NCBI GenBank assembly: GCA_964016885.1
Contig: OZ024756.1
Coordinates: 34,906,001 to 34,970,000, forward strand
DNA: 64,000 bases
Reading direction: 5' to 3'
Source: Eledone cirrhosa
Taxonomy: Eukaryota
The notes under the pieces are model-generated. The model had not been told where the DNA came from. It searched no databases and saw nothing but the letters and a program-made list of their open reading frames with translations. Of the stretch, positions 38,440-51,150 are shown piece after piece. Each line of letters opens with the position of its first letter. Position 1 is the stretch's first letter. Position numbers and translations under genes: made by a program.

Positions 38440-38695
38440 CAAACCATGTATATGTATGACTGTATTATACTGAACACAAACCATGTATATATATATATAT
38501 AGCTGTATTATACTATAAACAAGCCATGTATATATATAGCTGTATTATACTATAAACAAATCATATATTTATGAATAGCTGCATTATACTGAACACAGGC
38601 CATGTATATATAGCTGTATTATAATATACACAAGCCATGTATATATAGCTGTATTATACAACATACAAACCATATATATAAGTATAGCTGCATAT
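38440..38695. repeat. Tandem repeat downstream of the AAR2 stop
   Basis: CCATGTATATA(TA)nGCTGTATTATACT units. Confidence 0.75.
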
Positions 38696-40156
38696 TTAAA
38701 TAGACACAGTTTAGTTAATTTTGATACCTAATTACTTTGAGGATATTTTTTCTTCTAATTAAGACTCAAATTAATTACAGATAATAGACACAGATGAAAA
38801 TATTTGTAACTACATGTAACAGACACGAGAGGAAGCATTTGTAAATATATAGTAATTGTGGGTGATAGTAAACATACACAAAGTACTGTTCAACACTAAA
38901 AAATAAAACTTGGAACAATACACTTGATTTGAATTTTAGTTCAATAAAAATCTTTTCAATATTCCTGTAATTATTTTCTTTCAAACAAAGCAGTGCCTAT
39001 ACTAGAAATTATAGCAGGAGAGGTTTTGGAGGTAACATCTATACAATCTGGATGTTTTTAACTTACCATCAAATTGTTACTACAAACTCATTTTTCTGTT
39101 TTATTTCCCTTCCAACTCGGAAGTTAACATTGCCCTTTGTCTCTTCAGGACAGGGTTCAATTAAATACCAGATCAATGTTTTCCCCTCTCTTTCCATACT
39201 GCTGTCACTCTCTGAAAGAAATCAAAGCTGAAAAGAGATTGGCTCCGTCAGATTTAATATACCCCAAGTCACAAAAGAGTGGCTCCACTAAATTCAATAT
39301 GCCCAAGACACGCCACGGTGATCCAAAGATTCAGAGTTGAAGGAAGGACTATAAAACAAGAGCAATATATCAAATCTTCATTTCCTTATATTGTTCCATT
39401 TCATCGAGTAATTTTAGAATTTATAAGGGACGTAATCCCTTTAATTTGTCAGTTATCTCCCTTCGTCGATAACCACTACGTGCCTCAGTTGTTTTGAATG
39501 TTCCAAACGATAGTAAATATAACTTCGTGTGAACAATGAGTCAAATTCTTCACCAACCAAACATATGTTGACAGACTAATTTACATATATCTATATATAT
39601 ATATATATTGGTGCCACAACAAAAAAAACCACTCACTCCACCCTGTAAGGCAGTCGTATTAGTGCCACAACAAAAAAAAAAAGCACCCAGTCCACCCTAT
39701 TAGATGGTCGTTCTGGTACTACACCAAAAAGCAACCAGTCAATCCTGTAAAGTAGTGGTGGTGATATGAAAAATCCCCCAGTACATGCTTCCACTCCTAT
39801 TATGAATCTTTTCATTGTCAGCTGATGTTTCATGTACAAATAAGCCATATAAGCTTTAGATTATTCTTGCCTCAGTACCAGGTGAGCAAATGTTACTAAA
39901 CATGGATAAAAATTCAGAAACAGCTGTCTGACATTCTCATCAGTTACTGAGATATTTGTGACATGATCACAGCTTAAAACACTCATAGCTATAAATATAT
40001 CATATATATTTTCATATATGTATGTGGCCTTTATACAATACTTAGTTTAATTGCTACATCTAGTAGAAGACACTTGCTCAAGGTACCAAACGAACTTCTT
40101 AACCACACAACCATGTCTGTCTCTCGGACAATGTCAGAAAAAATAAAATAAAATAA

Positions 40157-40335
40157 TTGTTTCTACAATAGGCACAAGGCCAGCAGTGTATTACTGGTAC
40201 TGTATTTTATCGACCCCCATTAGGATGAAAGGCAAAGTTAACCTCGACGGGATTTGAACTCAGAATGGCAAGGGCCGTAACTATGCGTCTAAGCATGGCG
40301 TCCGACCCTCTACCGATACTGCCAATTCACCGCCC
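40157..40335 (-). mobile_element. SINE, dominant family, full length
   Basis: Near-consensus copy flanked by AAATAAAATAAAATAAT-like direct repeats (probable TSD). Confidence 0.82.
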
Positions 40336-41351
40336 TTATAAATAAAATAAAATAATGATCCCAAAAGTGGAACAGATTTTTTTTTATCATTCTTCTTTTT
40401 ATTTATACATCATTTTTAAAATTTTTTAATTATTATTTTTTTATATATCGTCTCTAGCGTCTTCTGTTATGGAGTTTTTCTGTATATCTTTTGTTTGCTT
40501 TTTTTTGTTTTGTTTTGTTTTCGTTTATCCCAAATCTCATTAACGAAATGATGTGAGAGAAAAAAATAAATGAACAATCAATCAAAACGTGGAATTAGAA
40601 AGAATTAGGAAGAAATAGCGAGAGAAGAATACCAAGCAGACATCTCTTTCTTTTTTTGTTGTTGTTGAAGTTTCTAAAATAAATAAGAAATTTTTAAAAA
40701 ATAATTAAACTTTCTTCTTCATCTTAACTTTGACAAAAAATTCATTGGTTTCTTTGTTCCATTCAAAGATTTAAAATTATTAATTTTAATGTATTTTTTT
40801 TTGATTGGAAGATTATTTTTTAAGAAATTGGAAAATTAAAAAAAAAGTGAATAAAATTTGAGAAAAATGAGTGAATTTTGTGTGATTTGATCAGCTTTTG
40901 TTTGTTTTTTAAAAGCCCCCCCCCCCCCCCCCCCCAAAAAAACATTTTCGACAAGCTTTTGTTTTTAAAACAATTTTGTTGGTGGGGTTGGGTCTAATGG
41001 GGCGTGGGAGAGGGAGTGATAAAGCTTCTTCAGTTCTTTTTTTTTGTGAGGACACAAGGAAGACTTGATATATTACGAGGAGACAGAGAGAGAGGAGGAG
41101 GATCATGGAAGAAGAGACAGACAGACATAGAGAGAGAGACACAGAGAACGATAGTCATGGAAGGAGAGATGGGGACTGATAAAAGAAAGAACAGAAATAA
41201 GAAGGAGAAGTAGTTTAAAAAAATAACTGATATTATATTTGAAAGTGAAAAAATAGAGTTAAAATCTTGAAAAGGAGATGTAAGGATGTTTAAACGATCT
41301 AAATCAGTTGAATGTGTGGATGGCAAAGGTAGGAATAATATTAATAATAAT

Positions 41352-41580
41352 GATTTCTGATTTAGGCACAAGGCCAGCAATTTTGGGGGAGAGGAAAGTC
41401 AATTAAATTGACCCCAGTGTATTACTGGTACTTTATTTTATCGATTCCCCCATCCCTCCCAGAAGGATACGAGGCAAAGTTGACCTCGGTGGCGTGATTT
41501 GAACTCAGAATGTAAAGAGCTAGAACAAAATATTGCAAAACATTTTATCTATAGCTCTAAGAATTCTGCCAATCCACCAC
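41352..41580 (-). mobile_element. SINE, dominant family (older variant)
   Basis: Similarity to other copies. Confidence 0.75.
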
Positions 41581-41801
41581 AATAATAATAATAATAATAA
41601 AATAATAATAATAACAGTCTGAAGACATTGACTTCACCCAGAGTGGGTTGATGGCTTGTTAATTCTTTTATGCCAACTAGTTTGTCCATTTGTGCTTTCA
41701 CAGGATGAGAAGAAGGTATGAAATAAATAGTAAATTACTAGAACTCATTATAATGTAACTAAGATTTGTTGTAGTCAGTGAGCAAGGTTTAACTCCTTTA
41801 A

Positions 41802-42022
41802 CCCTTTAGCATTTACATTATTCTATATTTACTCTTGTATTTTCATGGTAAACACTTTATCTTACATAATTATCTCACATAATATGGAATCTATGAGATG
41901 TTGATGTTATTTATTTCGAGAACAGTATCTTAATATAGGTATGAGTGACCACTTACAACCAGTTTGAACAGAACGGGGTGAGACAGTTCTGGCCGGATAT
42001 GGTCGGTTTAAATGCTAAAGGG
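41802..42022. mobile_element. piggyBac-like MITE
   Basis: Perfect TIRs and TTAA on both sides. Confidence 0.85.
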
Positions 42023-43599
42023 TTAAAACACCAAAAAGCCTGCATGCCTGAAACTGCCTGTTGCAAAGAATTAAAATTTGAAATTCAAACCTTCAACTGA
42101 AATCACATTATTATACAGCATAAATTATATTTCAGTTGTTAAATATATTTGTCTTATTATTAAGTTAAAAGTTACTTATTTCACTCAATCTCTTATAATT
42201 CTTGATTATTTTAATAATTAAAACACAAAGATAGTATATTCTTGTTAGAAATATGCTAGAAGAGAAGACAGTCTAAGGCAGGGTTGGTGAACCTGTCTAA
42301 CAATCTAATAAAGGGGTTTTTGGAACAGCAAGTTATTATTTTTACTGTAGTTGCATTTTACAAATTATTTTATGAAGAGAACAAAAATATTTAAAAGTAT
42401 TCTTAAAGAGGTCTGTTCACACCACAGTGTTAATGGCAGACAATACCTGTAAAGTAATATATATATTGTTACCTTGATCACTGTTTAAAGTCTGTGATAC
42501 AGTGTTAATGACAGACAATACCTGTAAACTGAGAGATCAAAGTAATACATATATTGTCATCTTGATCACCAGATGGTCAATATTTAACTCCTGTGATGAT
42601 ACAGGGTTAATGATAGGCAATACCTGTAATCACAGAGATGAACGCAATACATATATATTGTTACTTTCATCACTAGATAACCAGTTTACAAATGAACATT
42701 TTTATTCATTTTTGAAGCAATTTACACCTGAGGAGACAGCTGATAACTTAAAGGTTGCCAATATAATTATCTCCAATGTGACAATAAGATGTCTTCATGT
42801 ACCACCTTGATGGAGAGTGGAAAGGAGAAGACAACTGTACCATAGGTTCATCATCCCTTGTCTAAGAAGTTCAATTAGTAACATTACTGAGAATAAATTA
42901 AATGTAACTGAATTATTAAAAAAAATAAGGAAAGAATCAATGAAATTTAAGAGTAACAAAAAGTTTTAAAGGAGGAGAGAAGGAAAAGTTTACATTAGTA
43001 TTATAAATGTAGAAATATTTGTAAGGTCACGTGTAGAAGATATTTTCTTGTGACAAAGAAAGATTTATTTTGAAATAAAGTCATTTTATACAGAATTGAT
43101 TGAAGACTGGGTGTATGGGGCGAAGGGTTGATTATTGTTGATTGCAGATAGGGTGTGTGGCGCAATGGCTTTGAAGACTGGGTGTGTGGGGGTCAGGGAC
43201 TGGATTATTGTTGATTGAAGACAAGGTGTGTGGGGTCAAGGGGTAGATTTTTGTTGATTGAAGACAAGTTATGTGGTGTTAAGACTGTATTATTAGATGA
43301 GAAACAGAATGAAGAGACAGAAAGGTTGGGGGAGGAGGAGGGAATAAAATAAAAGGATTTGTATTTATTTGTTCTTTTTTTTTTTTGCATTCAATGTTTT
43401 CCCTTTCGTTGATGAAAAAACCAAAAACTAAGTTCAACAACAATTCGGTTACAATTTTATCAAATTGAAAACTCCCATATTTATTTCATGTCCATCATCT
43501 AAATGCAATAATATATTGCAATCCTCCTTTGTTGATAAATATAAATGACTATACAATCGTGTTTTCTTTCTTAGTTTGTGTTTCAGTGTTCAAATGACT

Positions 43600-43854
43600 C
43601 TTCATTACACACACAATTAACACAGCTGTATGAAGTGAGTGTGTGTGTGTGTGTGTGGAAAACCTCACCTCACTACACGCACAATTAAAACAGCTGTATG
43701 GAGTGAGTGTGTGGTGTGTGTGTGTGTGTGTGTGCGTGTGTGTGTGGAAAACCTCGCCTTCACTACGCACACAAGTAACACAGCTGTATGAAGTGAGTGT
43801 ATGTGTGTGGAAAACCTCGCCTTCACTATTACACACAAGTATTGTATGAAGTGA

Positions 43855-43885
<31 letters not shown>

Positions 43886-43950
43886 GAAAACCTCGCCCTC
43901 ATTACACACACAATTAACATAGCTGTATGAAGTGTGTGAAAAACCTCACC
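43600..43950. repeat. Tandem repeat with variable (GT)n core, about 5 copies
   Basis: CAGCTGTATGAAGTGAGT(GT)nGGAAAACCTCGCC..ACACAATTAA. Confidence 0.85.
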
Positions 43951-44308
43951 TTCTCACCAAGGAACTAACTTTACTCCCTATATTTCTTCTCCATTGGCAG
44001 CAGTGATATGTAGAGGTTTTATTTTTAGCAAGACCTGGAGGGCTTTCTCTTAATACGAGAGAAACATTCTGAAAACTGCTCGTAACATTTTGTTGTTTGT
44101 TAGAAGCTAAAGGACAAAACACAGGGCATTTTCTGGGGGAGGGAAGATGAAACAACAGCCAACTAGTGAGAGGAGGCTGGACATTTCTTCATTCAATAAG
44201 CTATTACTTCAAGTAAAACTGTGGCACACTTGAAACTGTGTCACATCTTTTCAAGACAGCTTCCACCTAGATTAGCCTCATATCTTGCTGAAAATAGCAA
44301 GAGAAAAG

Positions 44309-44552
44309 CTCAAGACATGGAATACTCCACCAAGTACTGAGCTCAAGAGATGGAATACTCCACCAAGCATTGAGCTCAAGAGGTGGAATACTCCACCAAG
44401 TAGTGAGCTCAAGAGATGGAATACTCCACCAAGCATTGAGCTCAAGAGATGGAATACTCCAAGTAGTGAGCTCAAGAGATGGAATACTCCACCAAGCATT
44501 GAGCTCAAGTGATGTAATACTCCACCAAGTACTGGGCTCAAGAGATGGAATA
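44309..44552. repeat. 33-bp minisatellite, about 7 copies
   Basis: GAGCTCAAGAGATGGAATACTCCACCAAGCATT and variants. Confidence 0.9.
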
Positions 44553-45334
44553 CCGTTCCATTACAAAGGCAACACATTCAACATACAGAATTACAGCCAC
44601 AAAATCAACACATGACCAACTAATTTATAAATGTGCTTAGATCATTCCATAATGACCTCAAAGCATTCCAGTGACTTTTCTGACAAGGAAAAAAAAAAAA
44701 AGAATTACAAATATTTAAAACATACTTTTCTTAGTAAAATTCTGAAAATTAATTTTCATCATCACCACCATCACGATCAAGATCAAGATAATCATCATCA
44801 CCACCACAACCATCATCATCATCATCATCATCTACAGTACCAGTATCAATCATCATAGTCATCATGAAATAAGGATCCACATCACTTTAATGACCACTTG
44901 AAACTGATCCTGAAACATCATATCTGAGATAAAATCTTTCCAAGGATATTGAATCCTTCAAAATAAAGGCTAGGCTGTGTGCTTAAGAAGTTCATTTCCA
45001 GAACAATGAAGTTTCAAGGTCAGTCCCACTGTGTGGCAACCTGGGCAAGTGTCTTCTACTATAGCATCTTGCCAACTAATGCATTGTAAGTGAATTTGGT
45101 AGACAGAAACTGTAAGTAAGCCCATAGTGCATGTTTGTGTGTGAGTGTGTGTATATCTATGTATATATGCATGTATGTGAATGCCAGTTGCTACAAACAC
45201 CATATCAATGATACAGCTTACAAAATCCTGCAGTGACAGTTATATATACTCTCCATAAACACAATACTCCTGACAGTGTAGAAGGCCAACAAAGCTCAGT
45301 GTTTGTGTGTATATATGTATATACATATGTACAC

Positions 45335-45715
45335 CTACCAAGAAGTCTCTGTGCCGTCCCAAGAATGGATGAGTCACAACCTCCATGATCAAGCCATCCC
45401 AAATATATGGCCGCCTAGCTCTCCAGACCTGAATCTATTGGACTATTATGTATGGCATGTAGTCAAAATGGAAGTCAATCACCCCGCCTTAACACCATAA
45501 ATTTCTGAGGTCTACCATATCTGGCACAAAATAGATAAAGATCATTTGATTTGAGCATGTCGACATTTCAGATCTCATATTGAAGCAGACATCAATGCTA
45601 ATGGCAGATTCACTGAGTAGATACGCCGAGAAGAGTCTCAAAATTATTCATGCCAATTTTTTCTCAAATAAAGTTCTTCTTTCTTGATTTATTCTCAAAG
45701 GACTGAGAAACCCTG
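45335..45715 (+). mobile_element. Tc1/mariner-superfamily transposase 3' remnant
   Basis: IWPPSSPDLNLLDYYVW matches the WPPxSPDLNPxD catalytic motif; ends ...AAACCCTG, TIR-like. Confidence 0.75.
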
Positions 45716-45781
45716 TGTATATAAGTCTATATGTATATATATATGTCTATATGTATAAACGTTCATGTATATATGTATATA

Positions 45782-45817
<36 letters not shown>

Positions 45818-45991
45818 CGTATGTATTGGCATCAGAAAGGACAATAGCCAGAGGTAAAAAAAAGGAAATGGACCTAAAAATGATGATGATGAAGTACAGT
45901 AGATGTAAAACCAACCATCAACCCCCACCCACAACAGGTTAAGGGATTCATTAAGTAAGAATTTTATTTTCCTATTTAAAAAAAAAAAAAA

Positions 45992-46343
<352 letters not shown>

Positions 46344-46919
46344 AGTATTCATTTTAGAAGTTTTATTTTATTTTTTATTTATATTTTATTTTAGATTTCA
46401 GAATTTCTGACAATCTGACAAATTGAAAAGAGAGGAAGAAGGGCCAATGTGGTTGTAGCAGAGGTCAACATTTGACCTTTGTAGGGTGGGGGAAATCACA
46501 CAATATTACAATCAACACCAGTCCACACAGTTGTTACCTCAGGGACTGACATTGAAATTAAGACCACAATGACAGTGTCTGTCCATTGCTGGCCCAATTC
46601 TTATCATCTATGGCCTTAATATTAATAATTAGAGTGATTAGCAGGATGATGGCTGTTACCATCATAATTATGATGATTATGGTGATGACAGTGATGATGA
46701 TTACGATGATAGTGATGTCGGTGGTACACATTTGTTTGGGAAATTACAGTGGATTGTATCAAGTCTCAGTATATGACTGGTACTTAGTTTATTGGGCAAT
46801 AATGAGGATGGTGATGATTATGACATTCAAAGTTTCAGAGAATAATGTGTTGGGCTCAGGTTTGGGAAGAGAGGGCGGGACAGAGAAATTATTTACAAAG
46901 GCAGTCACTTGAAAAACTG

Positions 46920-46990
<71 letters not shown>

Positions 46991-47495
46991 AAAGGGGTGG
47001 GGAAGTAAATGTCATCAAAAGTAGAAACAACTTTTCTTTAATTTTGCTCCTCATGTAATTGTTGTTAGCTTTGCTATTCATGACTCTAAACAGACCCTCC
47101 CTATCCATATGTCCCATTTAACAATGAACTGACCACCACCCCAGAACACTGTGTTGGTGGGAGGGAGGGAGGGCATGATGAGGTTCACCCCACACACACA
47201 CACACAATACATACACACATATCACATCATAATAGTGTTTACAAGCAGCCAGCAAACCAAATGAGACTGTAACGCCACATCACCCCAGTAACTAATTTTC
47301 CGGCCTCCACCCTCTCACCCCCACCATATCCTACTTAGCCACCTTCACACACACACACACACACAAAGCCATTGATAGCATATGTACCAGTAATACAATG
47401 TGGGTTGGTCCAATACATGTATTTGCTTTGAGAAACAGCAAGAGTCAGAGACCAGGAATATATATATATATATATTTAAAATAGCATCAACATTT

Positions 47496-47595
<100 letters not shown>

Positions 47596-47742
47596 TATAC
47601 ACACACACACACGCACACATCATCATTTTTATACACATACACATATAATCAGTCTTTGATTAATTTCTGTCAGTAAATAGGTGTCTGTTTTTATATGTAT
47701 TTATATTTTTAAAAAAGTTTGCCTTATGAGCGGTCAAATATA

Positions 47743-47790
<48 letters not shown>

Positions 47791-48447
47791 CATCATCATC
47801 ATCATCGTAATGTATATTGCACCTCCATCAGTTGTAACAACAAATATTCCAGCTGTTCAAACAAAGGAACAATCCACAGACATGTGTGCCTTTAACATTG
47901 TTCCCAGGGAGATTCAGCATGAGACTGTGTGTCCTTATGATCTAAAGATCATGAGTGCAACACTCTAACCACTAGGCCACATGCCTTCATTGTAGTCGAA
48001 GTGCTAGCCTAATGAGAGGGTCTAATGTTCAAGACCCTCTCACTTCTGATGCAGTCTCTGGCTCAGTATTGTGGATATATAAAAATAGGTACCATGATGA
48101 AGTACAGTGCAAATCTTTTCTTAGCTTGCAGTAGTGAGTTCAAATCAAGGTATAGGCTAATGCAGATATATGGGACATGTCCCACCATCACAATGTCTGT
48201 GGAAACAACAGTTATACCAATAGCTATACTGTTATATACATAACAAGATACAGCATCAGCTATACTGTTGTAACGATAGTAACAGTCATGTCACTGTATC
48301 TAAGGTAGCAATTTTAAGATATATCTTAGTAACCATGGTAACTAATGATTGTCATACAGAGTGGAATTTGTCTATGTTAACATCTTTTGAGAGATATTGC
48401 TGTAGCCATAGTAACACACATGTATATTGTCACTATGGCAAGAACAG

Positions 48448-48499
<52 letters not shown>

Positions 48500-48781
48500 G
48501 AAGATATTCTACATCCAGTTTTACTGTCTACAGGAGAGTGAGGGGAGAGTAGTGAATCTGTAATCAACTATATATGTGTGTGAGGATATATATACATATA
48601 TACACACATATACATAGTTTATTTACACACACATCTATATGAAGGGAAGAGAGAATGGGAGATAAGTGTGACAATACCCAGGGTTTATACTCAGTATACC
48701 TTTTGGTTCCTTCATTAAGGAATCATGTAACTAAAACCTAACAAGAACAATGGTGAATGGAAGGGTATAAATAGTAATAAC

Positions 48782-50078
48782 TGTTTCTACATTTGGCACA
48801 AGGCCAGCAATTTTGAAGACAAGGGTAAAGTCGATTAAATCGACCCCAGTGCGTCGTTACTGGTACTTTATCTCATCAACCCTGTAAGGATGAAAGGCAA
48901 AGCTAGCCTTGTTGGGATTTGAACTCATATAATAATCTGAACCCAGTACATCACTGGTACTTATTTTAACAACCCCACACCCTCCCCCATGTGTCAACCT
49001 CGGTGGGATTTGAAACAAGGAAATTTCGGACACTTGCCAAGCATCCAGAGCATAGCCCCCTCCCCACCCCTGACACCTACACAGATGTAAGGAAAATATT
49101 CATAATGCTTATAATAAAAATAATTGTTTCAAATTTAGGCACAGGCCAGCAATTATCCAGTACATTACTGGTACTTTATTTTATCGACCCCCGTAAGGAT
49201 GAAAGGCAAAGTTAACCTCGGCCGGATTTGAACTCAGATCGTAAAGGGACGTAACTCTATGCTGGAAAGCATGTTCGACCCTCTACCGATACTGCCAATT
49301 CACCGCCCTTCTCCACTTATATAATAATGGTTTCTGGTTTAGGTAGAACGCCAACCCCAACAAGATTTGAACTCAGAATGTAGAAAATCGTAACTAAAAA
49401 CTCAAATACTCTACCAATACTGGTACCATTAAAAATAATGATAAAAATAATAATAATGACTATTATGAAAATGGTAATTTATGATGGTTTCTGCATATGA
49501 TCGGGTGACATTCATACCTATCTCTCAAACTGAATGGAGAGGAGAGGGGTAGAAGGTTTGGAGGAGGTCTGGGGATGTCACACCTAACAAGAGGTGAGAT
49601 GGAGATGATGATGATGATGATGAGGATTTCTCACATTGGCACATGGCCAGAATTTATGGATGGTTGTGGTGGAGAAGGAAAGTGGTAGAGTTGATTACAT
49701 CAACACACCACCATTCAACCAACCAGCCAGCCCTTACTCCAGTTCATGACTGTTAAGTACACCTATATATATTAAGGACAGCTCCAGCTCCCTACACACC
49801 ACTCCCCCTCTCACCAGAACTATGACAGAGTGGGGAGTATTCTCTGCCTTTCATTCTTTGAGGATAATAATGGTTTCTGATTTAGGCAGAAGGCCATCAA
49901 TTTTGAAAGGAAGGGGAAAGTCGATTAAATTGACACCAGTGCATTACTGGTACTTTATTTTATCGACCCTGTAAGGATGAAATTCAAAGCTAACCTCGGT
50001 GGGATTTGAACTCAGAACGTAAAGGGTCACAACAACATGCCGCAAAGCATGTGGTCCGATGCTCTACCAATTCTGTCA
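48782..50078 (-). mobile_element. Cluster of SINE copies (48782-48928, 49125-49308, 49872-50078 and fragments)
   Basis: Repeated GGCACAAGGCCAGCAA..TACTGGTACTTTATTTTATCGACCC..GGATGAAAGGCAAAG..GGATTTGAACTCAG. Confidence 0.75.
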
Positions 50079-50748
50079 AGTGGCACAAGGCCAGGAAAAG
50101 AAGGATGGGGGTAGGGGTGTAATGACGCCTTTCCTTAAAAAGGGGAGGGGGCGGAGGGTGTAGGAAGAAAGGCTATCGCCATGACAACCGGGGCCATTTC
50201 TTAGGGTTTTTTTTGTTTTTACATTTGGAAAAAAAATGCCAGCTCCAAAGTACTCGGCTTTTTTCTTTTGTTATCATTATTGTTATAGTTGTATTGTTGA
50301 TTTATTATGATATCTATATATATATAGAGTCTGTATATACTCTCGTTAATGCATACACACTCATGCATACACACACATGCACATACACACATATACTTGC
50401 ATGCAGGCCCACACCTGCCAAAGTGCAGGGCGCTCTATGTACAGCTACACATGCAGGTGTGAATGTATGTCTGTGTGCACACACAGACATATACACACAC
50501 GTTCTCGACACAAATGAACAACGGCACCCACACACTTTTATATATAACTATATGCATATTATATATATATAAACACATATACAAATATACATACACACAC
50601 ACATACATATGTATATATATATACACACATATATATATATATACATATATAACATACATACATATATATATATATATCATCATGAAATATAATATACATA
50701 TATATATATAACATAGATATATATATATAGATATACATATATATACTC

Positions 50749-50780
<32 letters not shown>

Positions 50781-50906
50781 CTACATATATATAGATACAG
50801 GAGCTGTGTGATTGTGTGGGCATGTAAACATCATTTAATTGTTTTTGTTGTGTCCCAGCCGTCCTGCCGTAACGCATGCGTAAGTGCAAACACTGCAACA
50901 GTTGCA

Positions 50907-51150
50907 CTAGTTTCGTTTGACAAAAGTCTCTAGGATTTCCTCGGCCATCTTGAGATCGTTGCGTGCTACTCGGAGTGCATCAACGACTCGAACTTTGTCG
51001 TAGCCACGCGATACTAGGTCTTCCACAAACTCCTGGTTGATACTGTTGTATGAAGAACTCTCTGTGTTTTCCTTGTTGTTGTCCTGTCTTTCCCGCAATC
51101 GTTCTCGTTGGATCGGAACAGCTCCGGCCTTGTGATGGCACTCAGACTTT
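50907..51150 (-). CDS. CBL: Cbl last exon (UBA domain)
   Basis: ...[44 protein letters not shown]-stop resembles the Cbl UBA. Confidence 0.9.

Noticed and set aside
40917-40935. C/G homopolymers and G-rich tracts as functional G-quadruplexes (also 23882-23898, 18866-18912)
   Set aside because: Common low-complexity runs with no positional or conservation evidence visible here.
43600-44552. CRISPR-like appearance of regularly spaced repeats (also 8672-9740)
   Set aside because: Intervening parts are (GT)n/(CA)n or absent rather than unique spacers; eukaryotic context with no cas genes.
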